Program-made: the position numbers and the translations under genes | Notes under the pieces: model-generated | Told to the model about the DNA's origin: nothing | The model's database searches: none | The model's input: only the letters and a program-made list of their open reading frames with translations | NCBI GenBank assembly: GCA_963667915.2 | Contig: CAXXNN010000003.1 | Coordinates: 482,014 to 546,013 of the forward strand | Reading direction: 5' to 3' | DNA from: Vicinamibacterales bacterium | Lineage (GTDB): Bacteria; Acidobacteriota; Vicinamibacteria; Vicinamibacterales; UBA823 | Length of the DNA stretch: 64,000 bases | Part shown: one piece after another, positions 28,381 to 37,595 of the stretch | How the letters are laid out: each line of letters opens with the position of its first letter | How positions within the stretch are numbered: position 1 is the first letter of the stretch

Positions 28381-31080
28381 TTACCTCGGGCTGCTCGAGC
28401 GCCGCAGCAACTGGCGGACGACCCCCGGGGTCTCGGCGAGCATTGTGTCGATCCGTGCAAGGTCCTTACCGCCGGCTTCGGCGAACTCCGCCCGCCCGCC
28501 GCCGCCGCCGCCCACCAGCGGCGCCAGGGCCTTGACGACCTGTCCGGCCGGGACGCGGGTCGTGAGGTCGTCGGTCACGTTCACGACGATGGCGACGCGT
28601 CCGGCGTCGGTCGCCGACGCCAGGACGACCAGGCCGGACGCCAGCTCGCCCTTCAAGGAGTCCGAGAGTGTTCGCAGGGCGCGCCGGTCCAGGCTGTCGG
28701 CGCGCCGCGTGACGAGCCTGATGCCGTCGATGTCCATCTGGCCGCCCGCGGCCGCGCCGGTTCCGGCCGCGAGCTTGAGCTTCAGATCGCGCACCTCGCG
28801 TGTCAGTTGCTTCACCCGCGCCTGCTGTTGGGCGAGCGCGTCGGCCGCTTGGTCTTCGGAGGTGGCCAAGGCGTGGAGGAGCTGTCGTAGCACCGCGCGG
28901 CGAGCCTGGGCCCGATCCAGTGCGGCCGTGCCGGTCACGGCCTCGACCCGCCGGATGCCGGCCGCGGTCCCCGTTTCCTGTTCGATCGAGAACGCGCCGA
29001 TCTCGCCCGTCGACCGGCAGTGCGTGCCCCCGCATAGTTCCTTGCTGAATCCGGAAATCGAGACGACCCGCACGCGCTCGCCGTACTTCTCTCCGAACAG
29101 GGCGATTGCCCCGGCGGCGATCGCCTCCTGCGGCGTCTGTTCGAGCGTCTCGACCGGGGCCGCGTTCAGGATCTGCCGGTTGACCAGTCGCTCGACTTCC
29201 TCGATCTCGCCGGGAGACACCGGCGCCGGATGCGCGAAGTCGAAGCGCAATCGGTCCGGCGCGACCAGCGACCCGGCTTGCTTCGCGTGGGTGCCGAGTA
29301 CCTGCTGCAGCGCTGCATGCAAGAGATGGGTTGCCGTGTGGTTACGCCGGATCGCGTCGCGACGGTCGGTATCGACTGCCGCCGCGACGACGTCGCCGCG
29401 GCTCAACGTTCCGGCCGTGACCCGGACCTTGTGTAGCCTGGGGTGCCCGCCCCAGCCGGTCATGCCGAGGACGGTCGCGCGGCGCGTGCCGTCACCGCTC
29501 ACGATCGTGCCCGTATCGGAGACCTGCCCTCCCGATTCGAGGTAGAAGGGCGTCCGGTCCAGCGCCAGGTAGCCGGTATCGCCCTCATGGAGCTGTTCTC
29601 GGGCCGCCGGTGCGTCGTTCCAGATCATCAGGATCGTCGCGCCGTCGACCGCCGTTCGGTCGTAGCCCTCGAAGCGGTCGCCGGCGGTTTCGAGCTCGGG
29701 CGCCAACTCCGCCGGGACGCCAAAACTCGGCGCATCGACGGCTTTGGCTTTGAACCTGCTTGCGGCTCGGGCCCGCTCGCGCTGGTCCGTCATCAGACGC
29801 TCGAAGCCTTCCCAGTCGATCGCCAGGTGCCGTTCACTCGCCAGATCCTCCACGAAATCAGCCGGCAGGCCGAGCGAATCGTACAACCGGAAGACGTCCT
29901 CGCCGGCGATTCGCTGATCGCCGGCCGCGGCGCGGGCCAGCACCTCCTCGAGTTTGGGCAGCCCGGCCGTGAGCACCGCGTCGAACCGGTCCTCCTCCCG
30001 GCGCACCGCGACCGCGATCGACGGGCAGTCCCGCGCGAGCGTCGGATAGGCGTGCTGCATCTCGTTGACGACGACGTCGACCAGGCGGTGGAGGAACGGC
30101 TCGGTGAGGCCCAGTCGCTTCCCATGGCGCATGGCGCGCCGCATGATCTTTCTGAGGACGTATCCTCGCCACTCGTTCGACGGCGTCACCGAATCGCCGA
30201 TCAGAAAGGTCGTCGCGCGGACGTGGTCGGCGACGACCCGCATCGACACATCGGTCTCGGACCCGGCGCCGTAGCGCGTGCCGGCCATGTCGGCGATAGC
30301 GCGGAGCAGTGGTTGAAACAGATCCGTGTCGTAGCTGGACTGCACGCCCTGCAGAACGGTCGCCGCGCGCTCCAGGCCCATGCCGGTGTCAATCGAGGGG
30401 GTCGGCAGTGGCACGAGCGAGCCGTCGTCCTGCCGGTCGAATTCCATGAACACGATGTTCCACAACTCGATGTAGCGGTCGCAGTCGCAGGCGGGTCCCA
30501 GGCAGGTTGGTGCGGCGCACGGTTGGTCATCGCCCTGATGAAAATGAATCTCCGAGCATCGGCCGCAGGGGCCGGTGTCGCCCATCGCCCAGAAGTTGTC
30601 GACGGCGCCCAGGGCGTCGATTCGGTCGGCCGGCAGGAACCGGCGCCAGAGATCGTAGGCCTCATCGTCCCGCGGCGTGCGCGCGTCACCCTCGAACACG
30701 GTAGCTCGGAGACGATCGGCCGGGAGCCCCCACTCGTCGACCAGCAGCGTCCAGGCCATGGCGGTCGCTTTGTCCTTGAAGTAGTCGCCGAACGAGAAGT
30801 TCCCGAGCATCTCGAAGAAGGTGTGGTGCCGCAACGAGCGGCCGACCATGTCGAGGTCGTTGTGCTTTCCACTGACGCGCATGCATTTCTGCGTCTTCGC
30901 CGCGCGCGTGTAGTCGCGGCGCTCGCGGCCCTGGAACACCGCCTTGAACTGATTCATCCCGGCGTTGGTGAAGAGCAGCGTGGGGTCGTCTTCGGGGACG
31001 AGCGACGCGCTGTCGACAATGCGGTGACCGAGCCGCTCGAAGTAGTCGAGGAAGCTGCGCCGGGTGTCGCGGGCGTTCAT
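28381..31080 (-). CDS. alaS: Alanyl-tRNA synthetase
   Basis: RHHTFFEMLGNFSFGDYFK motif, editing-domain HTATHLLH, C-terminal GGGGGR motif. Confidence 0.95.
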   Translation of the reverse strand: MNARDTRRSFLDYFERLGHRIVDSASLVPEDDPTLLFTNAGMNQFKAVFQGRERRDYTRAAKTQKCMRVSGKHNDLDMVGRSLRHHTFFEMLGNFSFGDYFKDKATAMAWTLLVDEWGLPADRLRATVFEGDARTPRDDEAYDLWRRFLPADRIDALGAVDNFWAMGDTGPCGRCSEIHFHQGDDQPCAAPTCLGPACDCDRYIELWNIVFMEFDRQDDGSLVPLPTPSIDTGMGLERAATVLQGVQSSYDTDLFQPLLRAIADMAGTRYGAGSETDVSMRVVADHVRATTFLIGDSVTPSNEWRGYVLRKIMRRAMRHGKRLGLTEPFLHRLVDVVVNEMQHAYPTLARDCPSIAVAVRREEDRFDAVLTAGLPKLEEVLARAAAGDQRIAGEDVFRLYDSLGLPADFVEDLASERHLAIDWEGFERLMTDQRERARAASRFKAKAVDAPSFGVPAELAPELETAGDRFEGYDRTAVDGATILMIWNDAPAAREQLHEGDTGYLALDRTPFYLESGGQVSDTGTIVSGDGTRRATVLGMTGWGGHPRLHKVRVTAGTLSRGDVVAAAVDTDRRDAIRRNHTATHLLHAALQQVLGTHAKQAGSLVAPDRLRFDFAHPAPVSPGEIEEVERLVNRQILNAAPVETLEQTPQEAIAAGAIALFGEKYGERVRVVSISGFSKELCGGTHCRSTGEIGAFSIEQETGTAAGIRRVEAVTGTAALDRAQARRAVLRQLLHALATSEDQAADALAQQQARVKQLTREVRDLKLKLAAGTGAAAGGQMDIDGIRLVTRRADSLDRRALRTLSDSLKGELASGLVVLASATDAGRVAIVVNVTDDLTTRVPAGQVVKALAPLVGGGGGGRAEFAEAGGKDLARIDTMLAETPGVVRQLLRRSSSPR

Positions 31081-31136
31081 GCGGCCATTGTACAGTGGTC
31101 CAGCGAGTCCGCCCCTGTCGGCTGCCGCCGAGGGCG

Positions 31137-31622
31137 TCAGGATCCGCGGTCGTCGTCGTCGAGTGACGGTGCCGCGTCGAGCGCGCGGACGATCGAGGAC
31201 GAGGGGAAGCCCTGACGCTCCAACGCGCTATGCAGGCGCCGGCGCTGCGCCGCATCGCGGATCGGCCCATCGAGCCGCGTGTCGAGTGCGCGGGCGAGGC
31301 GCGCCGCGTCGTCCACCTCGGCAAACGCTGCGTCGACCGCCTCCCGCGCCAGGTCGCCGTCGATGCCGCGTGCGGCCAGCTCCTGGAGGACACGGCGTTG
31401 TCCTCGTGTCGTGAGCCGCACGGCGGTGCGGGCGTAGGCGAAGGCGGTCCGCCGGTTGTCCAGCGCGCCGACTTGTCGCAGCCGGGTCATCGCCTGGTCG
31501 ATGTGGGCGGGTGCGACCCGGCGCGTGCGGAGACGCTGACGGAGCTGCTGCTCGGTCAATTCCCGGCGGGCGAGCCAGGCCAGTCCGAGCGCGTAGGGAT
31601 TGGCGGGGATGTGAGAGGCCAC
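31137..31622 (-). CDS. recX: RecX regulatory protein
   Basis: Helical-repeat protein with the LARRELTEQQLRQRL pattern; recX-alaS adjacency. Confidence 0.7.
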   Translation of the reverse strand: MASHIPANPYALGLAWLARRELTEQQLRQRLRTRRVAPAHIDQAMTRLRQVGALDNRRTAFAYARTAVRLTTRGQRRVLQELAARGIDGDLAREAVDAAFAEVDDAARLARALDTRLDGPIRDAAQRRRLHSALERQGFPSSSIVRALDAAPSLDDDDRGS

Positions 31623-31655
31623 GCGGTGGATCCGGGGTGACGGAGCACCCGTCGC

Positions 31656-32825
31656 TCAGAAGCGGATGATCTCCGACGAGCTGTCGTCCGGCGCCGACTG
31701 CGCCATGTCATCCTGCGCCATGTCGCTCGTCGTGGCGATGCCCTGGACCTTCAGCTTGAACTCGTCGACGTTGGTCGCCCAGCGTAAGGCCTCTTCGTAG
31801 GACACGAGGCCGCGCTGATGCAGTCCAAAGATCGACTGGTCGAACGTCTGCATGCCGTACTGAGACGTGCCCGAGGCGATGGCGCCGGCGATCAGGTGGG
31901 TCTTGTCCCTTTCGACGATGCAGTCGCGAATGAAGGCGGTCGAGATGAGCACCTCGACGGCGGGGCACCGTCCCTGGCCGTCCACGCGGGGCACGAGCCG
32001 CTGCGAGACGACCGCCTTCAGCACCGCCGCCAGCTGCAGCCGGACCTGCCGCTGCTGGTGCGGTGGGAAGACCGCGATGATCCGATTGATCGTCTCGGTG
32101 GCGTCGACCGTGTGGAGTGTCGACAACACGAGGTGCCCGGTTTCCGCGGCCAGCAGCGCGGTGTCGACCGTTTCCAGATCGCGCATCTCGCCGACGAGAA
32201 TGACGTCCGGGTCCTGCCGCAGCGCGCTCCGCAGCGCCTGCGCGAACGACTGGGTGTCGACCGCCACCTCACGCTGATTGATGATCGAGCTCTTGTCGCG
32301 GTGCAGGAATTCGATCGGATCCTCGATCGTCATCACGTGCGCTGCCCGCGTCGTATTGATGTGGTCGATCATCGCGGCCAGGGTCGTGCTCTTGCCGCTG
32401 CCGGTCGTGCCGGTGACCAGCACCAGCCCGCGCTCCTGTTCGGCCACCGACGTCAGTACCGCGGGGAGCTCCAGTTCGGCGATCGTTCTGATTGTTGTCG
32501 GGATGACGCGGAACACCATGCCGATCGTGCCCCGCTGCTGGAACACGTTACAGCGAAAGCGGCCCAGGCCCGGAACGCTGTAGGCCAGGTCCACTTCCTG
32601 GACTTCCTGGAACCGCTCGCGAAGCGACGGCGTGAGGGTCGCCGCCGCAAACGCCTCGGTGTCGGCCCGGTCGAGTTTGGCCTCCGCGGCGGGGATCAGG
32701 TGCCCGTTCAGCCGAAGCATTGGCTGGCATCCGGCCTTCAGATGAAGGTCGGAGGCTCCCTGCTCGACCGCCAGTTTCAGGAGATCGTTGATGTCCATGG
32801 CCCGTTTCTGCCGTGTGTCGGCCAT
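31656..32825 (-). CDS. pilT: Type IV pilus retraction ATPase PilT
   Basis: Walker A GTTGSGKST, GEMRDLET, LSTLHT motifs. The ATG overlaps the ilvE TGA (TGATG on the minus strand at 32823-32827). Confidence 0.85.
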   Translation of the reverse strand: MADTRQKRAMDINDLLKLAVEQGASDLHLKAGCQPMLRLNGHLIPAAEAKLDRADTEAFAAATLTPSLRERFQEVQEVDLAYSVPGLGRFRCNVFQQRGTIGMVFRVIPTTIRTIAELELPAVLTSVAEQERGLVLVTGTTGSGKSTTLAAMIDHINTTRAAHVMTIEDPIEFLHRDKSSIINQREVAVDTQSFAQALRSALRQDPDVILVGEMRDLETVDTALLAAETGHLVLSTLHTVDATETINRIIAVFPPHQQRQVRLQLAAVLKAVVSQRLVPRVDGQGRCPAVEVLISTAFIRDCIVERDKTHLIAGAIASGTSQYGMQTFDQSIFGLHQRGLVSYEEALRWATNVDEFKLKVQGIATTSDMAQDDMAQSAPDDSSSEIIRF

Positions 32826-33802
32826 CAGCCGGTCGCCTTCACGGCCGCGCGGCCGGGAGGCGGCGCGACCGGATCGTTCGGGTAGACGGACGTCAGCCAT
32901 CCATACTGATCCGGTACCCGGCCGTTGACGACGTCGAAGAACGCCCGCTGGATGGCCTCGGTGACTGGACCGCGCACGCCCGGGCCTATCACGACCTTGT
33001 CGACCGATCGGATCGGTGTGACCTCGACGGCCGTGCCCACGAAGAACAACTCGTCCGCGATGTAGAGCAGTTCCCGCGGGATGGCCCGTTCGACGACCGT
33101 GAACCCGAGGTCGCGCGCGATCGTCATGACCGAATCTCTCGTGATGCCAGGCAGAATCGATGACGTCACCGACGGTGTGTACAGTGTGTTATCGCGCACG
33201 ATGAAGAGATTCTGGCCGCTGCCTTCGCTCACCGTGCCAGCCGTGTCGAGCGCGATCGCCTCGCTGTAGCCGTGGGCCACGGCGTCCATCTTGATGAGCT
33301 GGGCGTTGGCGTAGTTGGCGGTCGATTTCGCCAGGGCCGGCAACGTATTGGGAGCGATGCGTGCCCAGGAACTGACGCAGACGTCCACGCCTCGGGCCAG
33401 GGCCTCCTCCCCGAGGTAGGCTCCCCATTCCCACAGCATGATGGCCGTGTCGACCGGGCAGGGTAGCGGGCTCACGCCGAGCGAGTCGTAGCCCCGGTAG
33501 ATGAGTGGACGGATGTAGCACGCGCGGAACTCATTGGCCCGAATCGTGTCGAGCGCCGCTGCCTCCAGCTGTTCCCGTGAGCGCCCGCAGTCCATCCGAT
33601 AAATCTTGGCGGAATCGATCAGACGGCGCATGTGCGCGTCGAGCCGGAAGCAGGCCGGACCACGTTCGGTGTCGTAGCAGCGGGCACCCTCGAAGACGCC
33701 GCTGCCGTAGTGCACGACGTGCGACCCGATATGGATCTTGGCGTCGGCCCAGTCGACCAACGACCCGTTCATCCAGATCTTGCCGGTGCCGGAAAACGCC
33801 AT
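32825..33802 (-). CDS. ilvE: Branched-chain amino acid aminotransferase
   Basis: KIWMNGSLVDWADAKIHIGSHVVHYGSGVFEG N-terminus. GAGGAG SD 5 nt before ATG 33802. Confidence 0.9.
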   Translation of the reverse strand: MAFSGTGKIWMNGSLVDWADAKIHIGSHVVHYGSGVFEGARCYDTERGPACFRLDAHMRRLIDSAKIYRMDCGRSREQLEAAALDTIRANEFRACYIRPLIYRGYDSLGVSPLPCPVDTAIMLWEWGAYLGEEALARGVDVCVSSWARIAPNTLPALAKSTANYANAQLIKMDAVAHGYSEAIALDTAGTVSEGSGQNLFIVRDNTLYTPSVTSSILPGITRDSVMTIARDLGFTVVERAIPRELLYIADELFFVGTAVEVTPIRSVDKVVIGPGVRGPVTEAIQRAFFDVVNGRVPDQYGWLTSVYPNDPVAPPPGRAAVKATG

Positions 33803-33863
33803 GGAGACTCCTCGTGCGGGGCAGCGGAGGCGGCGGATGAGCGTAGCACGCCCGAAAACCGCC

Positions 33864-34027
33864 TTAACCCCAGAACTCACTTGTGTTGCCACGCCTGGCG
33901 TGTTCTGCCCGGCGAGGGCGGCGTTGCTCCTCAGTCATTTGGGCCCACCAAACTCCTTCGTCGCGCCTTGCCCTCACCGTCCAGCCCGGTGCCAGCCGTT
34001 GTCAACACAAGTGAGTTCTGGGGTTAA
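33864..34027. repeat. 164-bp element bounded by perfect 25-bp inverted repeats (MITE-like or long hairpin)
   Basis: ttaaccccagaactcacttgtgttg (33864-33888) and caacacaagtgagttctggggttaa (34003-34027). Confidence 0.85.
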
Positions 34028-34046
34028 ATCAAGGCCAATTCTAGCA

Positions 34047-35000
34047 CTACTGCAGTTCGCGGCAAAACGGACAGCGGTCGGTTCGCGCTTGCAGCGGCTT
34101 CCGGCAGTGCCAGCAGAAGCGAGGTGGCGGGCTCACTCGGCCGGCCGCCGGAGCGGCACCGGTCACGGAGCGCTCGCGGCGTGCAGCTGCCCGGAGCGGC
34201 GCGCGCGGTCGCTCGGCGATCAGGTCGTCCAGCAGGTCGCTGGCGCGCTGATAGCGCTGGGCGATGTCCGGCGCCATTGCCCGCATCACGATGTCGCTGA
34301 TCCGGGTCGGAATCTTCCGGTTCTTCAGGCGGGGCGCCGTCACCAGCGTGCCGCGCATGAGTTTCTCGAGATCGGCTGGGGTGGGCGTGTCGTACGGCAG
34401 CATCCCCGTGAGCATCTGGTACATCGTGACGCCGAGCGAATAGATGTCCGAGGCGAAGACCACCCTTCCGTGAAACTGCTCGGGTGCCATGTACGGCGGA
34501 CTGCCGATGATTGTCGTGCCGTGCGCCGCGATTTCGAGAAAGCGCGACGTGCCGAAGTCGGCGACCTTCACCACGCCGCTCGAGGAGACCAGCACGTTCG
34601 CCGGACGCAGATCGCGATGCAGGACGCCCTGCCGATGGGCGTGGTCGACGGCGTTGCAAATCTGGCACGTGAAGTCGAGCGCGCGGCTCAGGTCCACGGC
34701 GCCGCTCGTGGCGATGATCTGCTCGAGGGTCTCCCCGGGCACGTATTCCATCACGATAAAGAACACGCTGTCCTGCTTTTCGGCCGTCGTGATGGACACG
34801 ACGTTGGGATGGTTCAGGCTCGCGAGCAGCCGCGGTTCGCGCAGCAACTCTCCGAAGTCCAGGTTCTGACGGTGGGGAACCTTGAGGGCGACCTGCTTGT
34901 CGATCCAGGTGTCGGTGGCCAGGTAGACCGTGCCGAAGCCTCCGCTGCCAAGGGGTTCGATGACCTTGTACTTGCCGAGGGTCTGACCGCGAACCAGCAC
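34047..35000 (-). CDS. Ser/Thr protein kinase (canonical catalytic motifs) with C-terminal zinc-ribbon
   Basis: GSGGFGTVY, VALKV, HRDLRPANVL, DFG, APE motifs; CWHCRKPL...CPFC tail; GTG start. Confidence 0.85.
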   Translation of the reverse strand: MLVRGQTLGKYKVIEPLGSGGFGTVYLATDTWIDKQVALKVPHRQNLDFGELLREPRLLASLNHPNVVSITTAEKQDSVFFIVMEYVPGETLEQIIATSGAVDLSRALDFTCQICNAVDHAHRQGVLHRDLRPANVLVSSSGVVKVADFGTSRFLEIAAHGTTIIGSPPYMAPEQFHGRVVFASDIYSLGVTMYQMLTGMLPYDTPTPADLEKLMRGTLVTAPRLKNRKIPTRISDIVMRAMAPDIAQRYQRASDLLDDLIAERPRAPLRAAARRERSVTGAAPAAGRVSPPPRFCWHCRKPLQARTDRCPFCRELQ

Positions 35001-35011
35001 GGCGTTGAGTA

Positions 35012-35070
35012 TAGCAGCCCGTCGTGAAAGGCCGGCCGCGTTCGGCCCGCGATGTTGCGGGTGGGCGACT
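35012..35070 (-). repeat. Truncated copy (left TIR plus ~35 bp) of the same family
   Basis: tagcagcccgtcgtgaaaggccggccgcgttcggcccgcgatg... aligns with the start of copy C. Confidence 0.55.
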
Positions 35071-35124
35071 AGCCCGAATGCGGGTCGGTCCGGGTGCGGA
35101 TCGGCTGGCGCGCGCGGCCCGTCC

Positions 35125-35130
35125 TATAAT
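35125..35130 (+). promoter_or_regulatory. -10 box TATAAT, 7 nt before the rsmE ATG (leaderless type)
   Basis: gtccTATAATctccggcATG. Confidence 0.4.
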
Positions 35131-35137
35131 CTCCGGC

Positions 35138-35875
35138 ATGCCGCGCTTCTATGCGCCCGGCGTCGAGCGGGTCGGCGCTCCCGTCGCGCTGCCGGAGACG
35201 GAAGCCCATCACCTGCGTCATGTCCTCCGGCTTGACGTGGGGGCGCGTGTGTTGGTGTTCGATGGCCGAGGACGCGAGTACGTGGCCGCGGTTGACCGGG
35301 TGTCGCGTGAGGCGGTGGTCGTGCGACCCCTGGAGGCGACCCAGTCGGCACCGGAGGCGTCGGTCGCCGTGTCGCTCGCGCCGGCCGTTCTGAAGGGAAG
35401 GGCCTTCGACGGAGTGATTCGGGACGCCGTGATGCTCGGGGTCGTCGCGGTGCAGCCGCTGCTCGCCGCCCAACTGGCCGTCCACGGTCCCACAGTGCGC
35501 CGGCCAGGCGGCGTGGCACGCTGGCGGCGGATCGCCGTGTCGGCCGTGAAGCAGAGCGGTCGGGCGGTCGTGCCGGTGGTCCACGACCCGGTGGACGCGA
35601 ACCGATTCGCCGCCGGCGACCGCTCCGCGCTTCGCCTCGTGCTGGTGGAGCCTGCCGCCGGCCGGGAGGCGATCAGACTGCGTGCCCTGGCGGCGGCGCG
35701 ACCGGCGACGATCGCGGTTGCGGTGGGGCCGGAAGGCGGATGGACGCCGGCCGAAATCGACGCGTTCATGCGGCACGGCTTTCAGCCGGTCACGCTCGGG
35801 GGGCGGACGCTCCGCGCCGAGACCGTGCCGATCGCGGCGCTCGCCGCGCTGCTCTGCCTGTGGGACGAGACGTGA
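35138..35875 (+). CDS. rsmE: 16S rRNA (uracil1498-N3)-methyltransferase RsmE
   Basis: MPRFYAP...EAHHLRHVLRL N-terminus and GPEGGWTPAE motif. Confidence 0.85.
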   Translation: MPRFYAPGVERVGAPVALPETEAHHLRHVLRLDVGARVLVFDGRGREYVAAVDRVSREAVVVRPLEATQSAPEASVAVSLAPAVLKGRAFDGVIRDAVMLGVVAVQPLLAAQLAVHGPTVRRPGGVARWRRIAVSAVKQSGRAVVPVVHDPVDANRFAAGDRSALRLVLVEPAAGREAIRLRALAAARPATIAVAVGPEGGWTPAEIDAFMRHGFQPVTLGGRTLRAETVPIAALAALLCLWDET

Positions 35876-35903
35876 GGCCGATCTCGTCTCTATGCGTCAG
35901 GCG

Positions 35904-37034
35904 TCAGCCAAAGATGTCTTTGACGCGCTCGAAGAATGGCCGATCGGATTCTGCGGCACCTTGGGTTCGCGGCTCGGCCTTGTGATCGTGCATCGTGCTG
36001 GCGAGTTGCTCGAGCAGCGCGCGCTGGTCCTTCGAGACCTGACGTGGCGTGTCGACCATCAGCTCCACGAAGAGGTCGCCGCGGCCTCGGCCGCTGACGT
36101 TCGGCATGCCCTTGCCCTTCAGGCGGACCCGCGTGCCGGCCTGCGTGCCTTTCGGGACGGCGACTCGCGCGTCGCCGTTCAGCGTCGGTATCGAGACGTC
36201 GCCGCCAAGGACCATCGTCGGGTAGGGCACTGGAACGGCGCACAGGAGATCGTCACCGTCCCGCCGGAAGAATTCGTGCTCGCCGACGTGGATGACCACA
36301 TAGAGGTCGCCGGGCGGGGCGCCGCGGTCGCCCAATTCGCCCTCGCCCTGCAGGCGCAATCGCTGGCCGGTCGAAATGCCCGCCGGGATCTTCACCGTGA
36401 GCTTGCGCTCGTGGGGCGTACGTCCGGCGCCCCGGCAGGTGTCGCAGGGCTTGGTGATCACGCGGCCGCGGCCGCGGCATTGCCCACACGTGCGTGCCAC
36501 CGTGAGGAAGCCCTGCTGATACCGGAGCTGCCCCCTCCCGCCGCACTGGGGGCAGGTTTCCGGCCTACTGCCGGGCGCCGCGCCCGAACCCTGACAGGTC
36601 TGGCACGGCTCTTCGCGGGGCAGCTGCAGCGTCGTCTCCGCGCCGCGCGCCGCATCCTCGAAGGGAATCTCGAGGTCGTACCGCAGGTCGGCGCCGGGCC
36701 GCGGCCCCGAGCGCCGCCGGCCGCCGAAGCCGAAGATGTCGCCCAGCCCGCCGAGGATGTCGCCGAAATCCTCGAAGATCGTCGGGTCGACGCCGCCGCC
36801 CGGTGTGGCACCAAGCCCCGCGTGGCCGAAGCGGTCGTACATGCCCCGTTTCTGATCGTCGGCGAGCACGGCGTACGCCTCCGCCGCTTCTTTGAACCGT
36901 TCCTCGGCGGCGGTGTCGTCGGGATTGCGGTCAGGGTGGTACTTGAGGGCGAGCTTGCGGTAGGCGCTCTTGATGTCCTGGGCACGCGCGTCCCGGCCGA
37001 CGCCCAGCACGTCATAGTAGTCACGTTTACTCAC
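35904..37034 (-). CDS. dnaJ: Chaperone DnaJ
   Basis: J-domain KYHPDRNP, Gly-rich linker, four CxxCxG zinc motifs. Confidence 0.95.
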   Translation of the reverse strand: MSKRDYYDVLGVGRDARAQDIKSAYRKLALKYHPDRNPDDTAAEERFKEAAEAYAVLADDQKRGMYDRFGHAGLGATPGGGVDPTIFEDFGDILGGLGDIFGFGGRRRSGPRPGADLRYDLEIPFEDAARGAETTLQLPREEPCQTCQGSGAAPGSRPETCPQCGGRGQLRYQQGFLTVARTCGQCRGRGRVITKPCDTCRGAGRTPHERKLTVKIPAGISTGQRLRLQGEGELGDRGAPPGDLYVVIHVGEHEFFRRDGDDLLCAVPVPYPTMVLGGDVSIPTLNGDARVAVPKGTQAGTRVRLKGKGMPNVSGRGRGDLFVELMVDTPRQVSKDQRALLEQLASTMHDHKAEPRTQGAAESDRPFFERVKDIFG

Positions 37035-37581
37035 GCTTCGCCACCTTCACCATGGCCGGGCGGAGCAGGCGATCGCCGATCATGTAGCCGCGACGCAGTT
37101 CCGTGGTGATCTCGCCGTCGCGGTGCGAGGTGCTGGGTTCGTGCGCGACCGCCTGGTGGACGTGGGGATCGAAGTCTGCGCCGACGGCCGTCATCGGTGT
37201 CACCCGGTGCTTGCGCAGGAGCTCCAAGAGCTGCCGATGGATGATCTCGACGCCTCGTCGATAGGCCGCTGTCGTCGCGCCATCGGCATCCGCCTCGAGG
37301 GCGCGCTCGAGACCGTCGATGATCGGGAGCAGTTCCTCGAGGACGTCCGCGCCGGCGCTCTCCAGGAGCTCCCGACGCTCGCGCTCGACGCGCTTTCGGT
37401 AGTTGTCGAACTCGGCCGTCTTGCGAAGGAGCAGGTCGTAGTACTCGTCACGCGCGCGCCGGACGTCGCTTTCGCTCTCGTCGTCGGCCGACTCCTCTGG
37501 TGCCTGGTCGGGCGCTTCGTCGGGTGCCGCCTCGACGTCGGTCGCCTCCTCGGATGGTGCCGGGTGTGCGTTATCGGTCAT
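37027..37581 (-). CDS. grpE: Nucleotide exchange factor GrpE
   Basis: AEFDNYRKR motif; position between hrcA and dnaJ. Confidence 0.9.
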   Translation of the reverse strand: MTDNAHPAPSEEATDVEAAPDEAPDQAPEESADDESESDVRRARDEYYDLLLRKTAEFDNYRKRVERERRELLESAGADVLEELLPIIDGLERALEADADGATTAAYRRGVEIIHRQLLELLRKHRVTPMTAVGADFDPHVHQAVAHEPSTSHRDGEITTELRRGYMIGDRLLRPAMVKVAKRE

Positions 37582-37595
37582 GGGTCACGGGTCGA

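Noticed and set aside
35875-35904. Bidirectional terminator hairpin gagacg-N12-cgtctc between the convergent genes rsmE and dnaJ.
   Set aside because: The stem is only 6 bp, the loop is 12 nt and there is no T-tract. That is too weak to call.
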